A stretch of DNA of 7,323 nt, from IMG/VR virus record IMGVR_UViG_2671180577_000007. One strand, written 5' to 3'. The DNA is from a virus (Duplodnaviria > Heunggongvirae > Uroviricota > Caudoviricetes). Shown here piece by piece: positions 1 through 7,323 of this stretch. The translations under genes were made by a program, and so were the position numbers. Position 1 is the stretch's first letter, and each line of letters opens with the position of its first letter. The notes under the pieces were generated by a model. That model worked only from the letters and a program-made list of their open reading frames with translations, searched no databases and was not told the origin of the DNA.

Positions 1-1
1 G

Positions 2-742
2 ACACAGACAGAATCAGCGATTCTGGCGCACGCCCGGCGATGTGCGCCAGCGGAGTCGTGCGGCTTCGTGGTAAGCACGCCGGAGGGGGAAAGATATTTT
101 CCCTGCGTGAATATCTCCGGTGAGCCGGAGGCGTATTTCCGTATGTCGCCGGAAGACTGGCTGCAGGCAGAGATGCAGGGTGAGATTGTGGCGCTGGTCC
201 ACAGCCACCCCGGTGGTCTGCCCTGGCTGAGTGAGGCCGACCGGCGGCTGCAGGTGCAGAGTGATTTGCCGTGGTGGCTGGTCTGCCGGGGGACGATTCA
301 TAAGTTCCGCTGTGTGCCGCATCTCACCGGGCGGCGCTTTGAGCACGGGGTGACGGACTGTTACACACTGTTCCGGGATGCTTATCATCTGGCGGGGATT
401 GAGATGCCGGACTTTCATCGTGAGGATGACTGGTGGCGTAACGGCCAGAATCTCTATCTGGATAATCTGGAGGCGACGGGGCTGTATCAGGTGCCGTTGT
501 CAGCGGCACAGCCGGGCGATGTGCTGCTGTGCTGTTTTGGTTCATCAGTGCCGAATCACGCCGCCATTTACTGCGGCGACGGCGAGCTGCTGCACCATAT
601 TCCTGAACAACTGAGCAAACGAGAGAGGTATACAGACAAATGGCAGCGACGCACACACTCCCTCTGGCGTCACCGGGCATGGCGCGCATCTGCCTTTACG
701 GGGATTTACAACGATTTGGTCGCCGCATCGACCTTCGTGTGA
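2..742 (+). CDS. K: Tail tip assembly protein K (MPN/JAMM + NlpC/P60 domains), 5'-partial; reading frame is open from the window edge
   Basis: Frame 2 is open from nt 2 to the TGA at 740-742. The translation carries a JAMM-type motif (HSHPGG...SEAD) and an NlpC/P60-like Cys/His region (GVTDCYTLF...HAAIYCGDGELLHH). A candidate catalytic Glu (PAESCGFVV) lies upstream of both in-window starts (GTG 68, ATG 143), so the true start is probably upstream of the window. The 103-nt overlap with the next gene matches the lambda K/I arrangement as I recall it. Confidence 0.85.
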   Translation, partial: TQTESAILAHARRCAPAESCGFVVSTPEGERYFPCVNISGEPEAYFRMSPEDWLQAEMQGEIVALVHSHPGGLPWLSEADRRLQVQSDLPWWLVCRGTIHKFRCVPHLTGRRFEHGVTDCYTLFRDAYHLAGIEMPDFHREDDWWRNGQNLYLDNLEATGLYQVPLSAAQPGDVLLCCFGSSVPNHAAIYCGDGELLHHIPEQLSKRERYTDKWQRRTHSLWRHRAWRASAFTGIYNDLVAASTFV

Positions 743-1311
743 AAACGGGGGCTGAAGCCATCCGGGCACTGGCCACACAGCTCCCGGCGTTTCGTCAGAA
801 ACTGAGCGACGGCTGGTATCAGGTACGGATTGCCGGGCGGGACGTCAGCACGTCCGGGTTAACGGCGCAGTTACATGAGACTCTGCCTGATGGCGCTGTG
901 ATTCATATTGTTCCCAGAGTCGCCGGGGCCAAGTCAGGTGGCGTATTCCAGATTGTCCTGGGGGCTGCCGCCATTGCCGGATCATTCTTTACCGCCGGAG
1001 CCACCCTTGCAGCATGGGGGGCAGCCATTGGGGCCGGTAGTATGACCGGCATCCTGTTTTCTCTCGGTGCCAGTATGGTGCTCGGTGGTGTGGCGCAGAT
1101 GCTGGCACCGAAAGCCAGAACTCCCCGTACACAGACAACGGATAACGGTAAGCAGAACACCTATTTCTCCTCACTGGATAACATGGTTGCCCAGGGCAAT
1201 GTTCTGCCTGTTCTGTACGGGGAAATGCGCGTGGGGTCTCGCGTGGTTTCTCAGGAGATCAGCACGGCAGACGAAGGGGACGGTGGTCAGGTTGTGGTGA
1301 TTGGTCGCTGA
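640..1311 (+). CDS. I: Tail tip assembly protein I (223 aa)
   Basis: ATG at 640 preceded by GAGAGAGG; 223-aa product with an N-terminal ubiquitin-like region and a Gly/Ala-rich hydrophobic segment (GAAAIAGSFFTAGATLAAWGAAIGAG). Length, overlap with K and sequence are near-identical to lambda gpI as I recall it. Stop TGA 1309-1311. Confidence 0.9.
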   Translation: MAATHTLPLASPGMARICLYGDLQRFGRRIDLRVKTGAEAIRALATQLPAFRQKLSDGWYQVRIAGRDVSTSGLTAQLHETLPDGAVIHIVPRVAGAKSGGVFQIVLGAAAIAGSFFTAGATLAAWGAAIGAGSMTGILFSLGASMVLGGVAQMLAPKARTPRTQTTDNGKQNTYFSSLDNMVAQGNVLPVLYGEMRVGSRVVSQEISTADEGDGGQVVVIGR

Positions 1312-1329
1312 TGCAAAATGTTTTATGTG

Positions 1330-1350
1330 AAACCGCCTGCGGGCGGTTTT
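1330..1350 (+). other. GC-rich RNA hairpin in the I-J intergenic region (terminator-like; probably read through in the late operon)
   Basis: AAACCGCC (1330-1337), loop TGCG, GGCGGTTT (1342-1349), followed by T-rich sequence; sits in the 60-nt gap just upstream of the J RBS (GGAG 1361-1364). Confidence 0.35.
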
Positions 1351-1368
1351 ATCGTTTATGGAGCATGA

Positions 1369-4770
<3,402 letters not shown>

Positions 4771-4789
4771 ATTTTATAACCCATATACG

Positions 4790-4813
4790 GGCGCCAGAAA
4801 TGACGCCTTTTTT
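4790..4813 (+). terminator. Weak hairpin plus T6 tract between J and lom (possible partial terminator)
   Basis: GGCG (4790-4793) pairs with CGCC (4804-4807) around a 10-nt loop, followed by TTTTTT (4808-4813). The stem is short, so activity is uncertain. Confidence 0.25.
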
Positions 4814-4837
4814 ATTGCAGAAAAGCGAGAGGTAATT

Positions 4838-5437
4838 ATGCGTAAACTTTATGCCGCCATTTTGTCCGCAGCCATTTGTCTGGCCGTATCCGGTGCGTCT
4901 GCATGGGCGTCTGAACATCAGTCCACGCTGAGCGCGGGCTATCTTCATGCCTCGACGAACGTTTCCGGCAGCGATGATCTGAACGGGATTAACGTGAAAT
5001 ACCGTTATGAGTTTACGGACACGCTGGGAATGGTGACGTCATTCAGCTATGCAGGAGACAAGAATCGCCAGCTTACCCGTTACAGCGATACCCGCTGGCA
5101 TGAAGATTCCGTGCGTAACCGCTGGTTCAGCGTAATGGCGGGGCCGTCTGTGCGCGTGAATGAATGGTTCAGCGCGTATGCGATGGCGGGTGTGGCTTAC
5201 AGCCGTGTGTCGACTTTCTCCGGGGATTATCTCCGCGTAATTGACAACAAGGGGAAAACGCACGACGTGCTGACCGGAAGTGATGACGGTCGCCACAGCA
5301 ACACGTCTCTGGCGTGGGGAGCTGGCGTGCAGTTTAACCCGACCGAATCCGTGGCCATTGATATTGCTTATGAAGGCTCCGGCAGTGGTGACTGGCGCAC
5401 TGACGGTTTCATCGTGGGTGTCGGTTATAAATTCTGA
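4838..5437 (+). CDS. lom: Lom outer-membrane protein (Ail/Lom/PagC family 8-stranded beta-barrel), 199 aa
   Basis: ATG at 4838 with GAGAGG RBS; N-terminal signal peptide ([24 protein letters not shown]). The C-terminus [25 protein letters not shown] matches the Lom/Ail family and ends in the aromatic residue typical of outer-membrane barrels. Position immediately after J matches lambda lom. Confidence 0.9.
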
Positions 5438-5463
5438 TTAGCCAGGTAACACAGTGTTATGAC

Positions 5464-5490
5464 AGCCCGCCGGTTCAGGCGGGCTTTTTT
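5464..5490 (+). terminator. Rho-independent terminator downstream of lom
   Basis: Perfect 8-bp GC-rich stem AGCCCGCC (5464-5471) / GGCGGGCT (5478-5485) with loop GGTTCA, followed immediately by a T6 run (5485-5490). Confidence 0.8.
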
Positions 5491-5501
5491 GTGGGGTGAA
5501 T

Positions 5502-6815
5502 ATGGCAGTAAAGATTTCAGGTGTACTGAAAGACGGCACAGGAAAACCGGTACAGAACTGCACAATCCAGCTGAAAGCAAAACGTAACAGCACCACGGTG
5601 GTGGTGAACACGCTGGCCTCAGAAAATCCGGATGAAGCCGGGCGTTACAGCATGGACGTTGAGTACGGTCAGTACAGCGTTATTCTGTTGGTGGAAGGAT
5701 TCCCGCCGTCACATGCTGGGACCATCACCGTGTATGAAGATTCCCGACCCGGTACGCTGAATGATTTTCTCGGAGCCATGTCGGAGGATGACGTCCGGCC
5801 GGAGGCACTGCGCCGTTTTGAACTGATGGTGGAAGAGGTGGCGCGTCACGCTGAGGAGGCGAAGAAGAATGCCGGAGAGGCGGAGACGTCAGCGAGGAAT
5901 GCCGGCATATCAGCCAGTCAGGCAGAAGAGAGCGCTGCAAATGCTGACACTTCAGCAGGGGAGGCATCGGAGTCAGCCCGGCAGGCGGCAGAAAGTGCAG
6001 CCTCAGCAAAGCAGTCAGAGGAGGCGTCCTCGTCCTCGGCTTCTGCGGCCGCTCAAAAAGCCAGTGAGTCATCACAAAGTGCAGCAGAAGCTGAATTGTC
6101 AAGAAAGACGGCAGAAAGTGCAGCCGGTAATGCAGCCAGGGATGCAACGACCGCAACAGAAAAAGCCCGGGAGTCAGCAGAAAGCGCACAGTCAGCGGAA
6201 CAAAGCAGGATAGCGGCGGAAGAAGCCGTAAACAGAATCCCCACCGTGGTGGGACCTCCCGGGCCAAAGGGGGAACAGGGGCCCGCGGGTCCTCAGGGGC
6301 CGAAGGGTGATAAGGGAGAGCGCGGTGACACCGGCCCTGTCGGGGCAACCGGCGAACGGGGACCGGCAGGTGATGCTGGTCCGGCAGGCCCGCAGGGGCC
6401 GAAAGGTGACAGGGGAGAGCGGGGAGAGACCGGTCTGACGGGAAATGCAGGTCCACAGGGTCCAAAGGGAGATACCGGTGCGGCAGGCCCGGCAGGCCCA
6501 CAGGGACCGAAAGGAGAAACAGGTGCGGCTGGCCCGGTGGGGGCAACCGGACCTCAGGGACCGAAGGGCGACCCGGGGGAGACACAAATCCGTTTTCGTC
6601 TGGGGCCGGGAAACATTATTGAGACAAACAGCAATGGCTGGTTCCCGGATACAGATGGCGCACTCATCACCGGACTGACCTTTCTTGCCCCCAAAGATAC
6701 CACACGGGTTCAGGGTTTTTTTCAGCATTTGCAGGTCAGGTTTGGTGACGGGCCGTGGCAGGATGTTAAGGGGCTGGATGAAGTGGGCAGTGATACAGGC
6801 AGAACAGGAGAATGA
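5502..6815 (+). CDS. stf: Side-tail-fibre-like protein with lambda-Stf-type N-terminus, Ala/Ser/Glu-rich repeat region, collagen-like (Gly-X-Y)37 domain and a short distinct C-terminal domain (437 aa)
   Basis: ATG at 5502 gives [37 protein letters not shown]..., matching the lambda Stf N-terminus as recalled; the ORF track starts 2 codons earlier at GTG 5496. It lies 64 nt after lom, as in lambda. An A/S/E-rich low-complexity region spans ~5850-6240, the uninterrupted Gly-X-Y run spans 6252-6584, and a 76-aa C-terminal domain follows before TGA 6813-6815. Confidence 0.85.
   Translation: MAVKISGVLKDGTGKPVQNCTIQLKAKRNSTTVVVNTLASENPDEAGRYSMDVEYGQYSVILLVEGFPPSHAGTITVYEDSRPGTLNDFLGAMSEDDVRPEALRRFELMVEEVARHAEEAKKNAGEAETSARNAGISASQAEESAANADTSAGEASESARQAAESAASAKQSEEASSSSASAAAQKASESSQSAAEAELSRKTAESAAGNAARDATTATEKARESAESAQSAEQSRIAAEEAVNRIPTVVGPPGPKGEQGPAGPQGPKGDKGERGDTGPVGATGERGPAGDAGPAGPQGPKGDRGERGETGLTGNAGPQGPKGDTGAAGPAGPQGPKGETGAAGPVGATGPQGPKGDPGETQIRFRLGPGNIIETNSNGWFPDTDGALITGLTFLAPKDTTRVQGFFQHLQVRFGDGPWQDVKGLDEVGSDTGRTGE
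6252..6584 (+). repeat. Collagen-like triple-helix repeat: 37 consecutive Gly-X-Y triplets with a recurring GPQGPKGD/E unit
   Basis: Translation [111 protein letters not shown], with Gly at every third residue and no interruption. The unit GPQGPKG recurs at least four times, with matching near-repeats at DNA level. Confidence 0.9.
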
Positions 6816-6816
6816 C

Positions 6817-7086
6817 ATGAACATATTAAAAAAAATTATGCAGCGTCTGTGCGGTTGCGGAAAGCATGATGACCGTGAAGACGGGGAGTTACTTACAGCA
6901 CAGCTGCGACTGGGACCGGCAGACATTCTGGAGTCAGATGAGAATGGCATTATCCCGGAGCAGGACAGGGTAATCACGCAGGTGGTGATACTGGATGCGG
7001 ATAAAAAGCAGATACAGTGTGTGGTAAGACCGCTGCAAATCCTGCGTGCTGACGGGAGGTGGGAAAATATTGGCGGGATGAAGTAA
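6817..7086 (+). CDS. Small hypothetical protein (89 aa), translationally coupled to the fibre gene; function unknown (candidate fibre chaperone/assembly factor or cargo gene)
   Basis: ATG at 6817 lies 1 nt after the fibre stop, with AGGAG (6806-6810) 6 nt upstream. Product MNILKKIMQRLCGCGKHDDREDGELLTAQLRLGPADILESDENGIIPEQDRVITQVVILDADKKQIQCVVRPLQILRADGRWENIGGMK is acidic with no signal peptide. The ORF track extends it upstream to 6685, but that part overlaps the fibre gene out of frame and lacks an RBS. A terminator follows. Confidence 0.55.
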   Translation: MNILKKIMQRLCGCGKHDDREDGELLTAQLRLGPADILESDENGIIPEQDRVITQVVILDADKKQIQCVVRPLQILRADGRWENIGGMK

Positions 7087-7100
7087 CCCGACAGCTTCAC

Positions 7101-7126
7101 AAAACCGGAGTCCGGCTCCGGTTTTT
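7101..7126 (+). terminator. Rho-independent terminator after the small ORF
   Basis: AAAACCGGAG (7101-7110) / CTCCGGTTTT (7116-7125) form a 10-bp stem with loop TCCGG and a T5 run (7122-7126), 15 nt after the TAA at 7084-7086. The A-tract/T-tract symmetry suggests it could work in both directions. Confidence 0.65.
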
Positions 7127-7171
7127 GTTGTCATGTAAGGCAGATGTTTGTTAAAGCTATTTAAGTCTGGA

Positions 7172-7198
7172 GTTTAAATGTAACCGGCTCATTTAAAC
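7172..7198. repeat. Perfect 9-bp inverted repeat (GTTTAAATG / CATTTAAAC) with 9-nt spacer in an AT-rich intergenic region
   Basis: Left arm 7172-7180 and right arm 7190-7198 are exact reverse complements; spacer TAACCGGCT. Neighbouring sequence has further TTAAA/TTTAA motifs (7151-7165). Confidence 0.5.
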
Positions 7199-7233
7199 CG
7201 TCTGGTCTGTTTCCTCCGGCTCTACAAAAATAA

Positions 7234-7255
7234 TGTCCATCATTTTTAATGGACA
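7234..7255. promoter_or_regulatory. 7-bp inverted repeat (TGTCCAT / ATGGACA) next to a -10-like AATAAT, immediately upstream of a new ORF start; candidate operator/promoter
   Basis: Arms at 7234-7240 and 7249-7255 with an 8-nt T-rich spacer; AATAAT at 7229-7234. No convincing -35 was found, so the promoter call is weak. Confidence 0.3.
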
Positions 7256-7262
7256 CTATCGT

Positions 7263-7323
7263 ATGAAACACCGGACCTGGATCACTGAAGCTTTACGTCT
7301 TCACTTTGAAGAACATTTACCCC
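7263..7323 (+). CDS. Possible 5' end of a downstream gene (partial; runs off the window)
   Basis: ATG at 7263 opens frame 3 (MKHRTWITEALRLHFEEHLP...), open to the window end. It follows the terminator and AT-rich palindromic region. Only 20 codons are visible and the RBS is weak (GGACA), so this is tentative. Confidence 0.25.
   Translation, partial: MKHRTWITEALRLHFEEHLP

Noticed and set aside
14-418. 134-aa minus-strand ORF
   Set aside because: Antisense to K, which has clear JAMM and NlpC/P60 motifs on the + strand.
5496-5501. GTG start at 5496 for the fibre gene (ORF-track start)
   Set aside because: ATG at 5502 gives the lambda-Stf-like N-terminus MAVKISG; the GTG would add two residues with little spacer after the terminator. 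The difference is minor.
6252-6584. Tandem DNA repeat array suggesting CRISPR or a satellite
   Set aside because: The periodicity comes from protein-coding Gly-X-Y triplets in a continuous ORF; there are no direct repeats separated by unique spacers and no cas genes.
5725-6585. 286-aa minus-strand ORF and the 114-aa + strand ORF at 5869..6213
   Set aside because: Both are alternate-frame or antisense readings of the Ala/Ser/Glu-rich and Gly-X-Y repeat coding sequence (Pro/Leu-rich and Arg/Gln-rich products); artefacts of compositional bias.
6685-6816. N-terminal extension of the small ORF as given in the ORF track (133 aa from 6685)
   Set aside because: Overlaps the fibre gene in another frame, encodes an Arg-rich implausible peptide and has no RBS, whereas ATG 6817 has AGGAG at ideal spacing directly after the fibre stop.
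6192-7100. 302-aa minus-strand ORF
   Set aside because: Antisense to the collagen-like fibre region and the small ORF; Cys/Ser/Arg-rich low-complexity translation produced by the repetitive GGN-rich sense strand.

Overview
This window reads as the tail-tip and side-fibre end of the late operon of a lambda-like (lambdoid) phage or prophage, all on the + strand. It carries tail tip assembly gene K (5'-partial), gene I, the 1132-aa tip/host-specificity gene J, the lom outer-membrane gene and a strong terminator. Next comes a side-tail-fibre-like gene with a conserved Stf-type N-terminus, an Ala/Ser/Glu-rich repeat region, 37 uninterrupted collagen-like Gly-X-Y triplets and a short C-terminal domain. 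A small unrecognised ORF (89 aa) is translationally coupled to it, followed by a terminator and an AT-rich stretch with two palindromes and the start of a further ORF. No tRNA, rRNA, CRISPR array or obvious transposase is visible. The most interesting parts are the collagen-like fibre with its coupled small ORF, the divergent receptor-binding C-terminus of J, and the cargo-like junction at the 3' end. All family assignments come from reading the translations against recalled lambda proteins and motifs; no database search was run.
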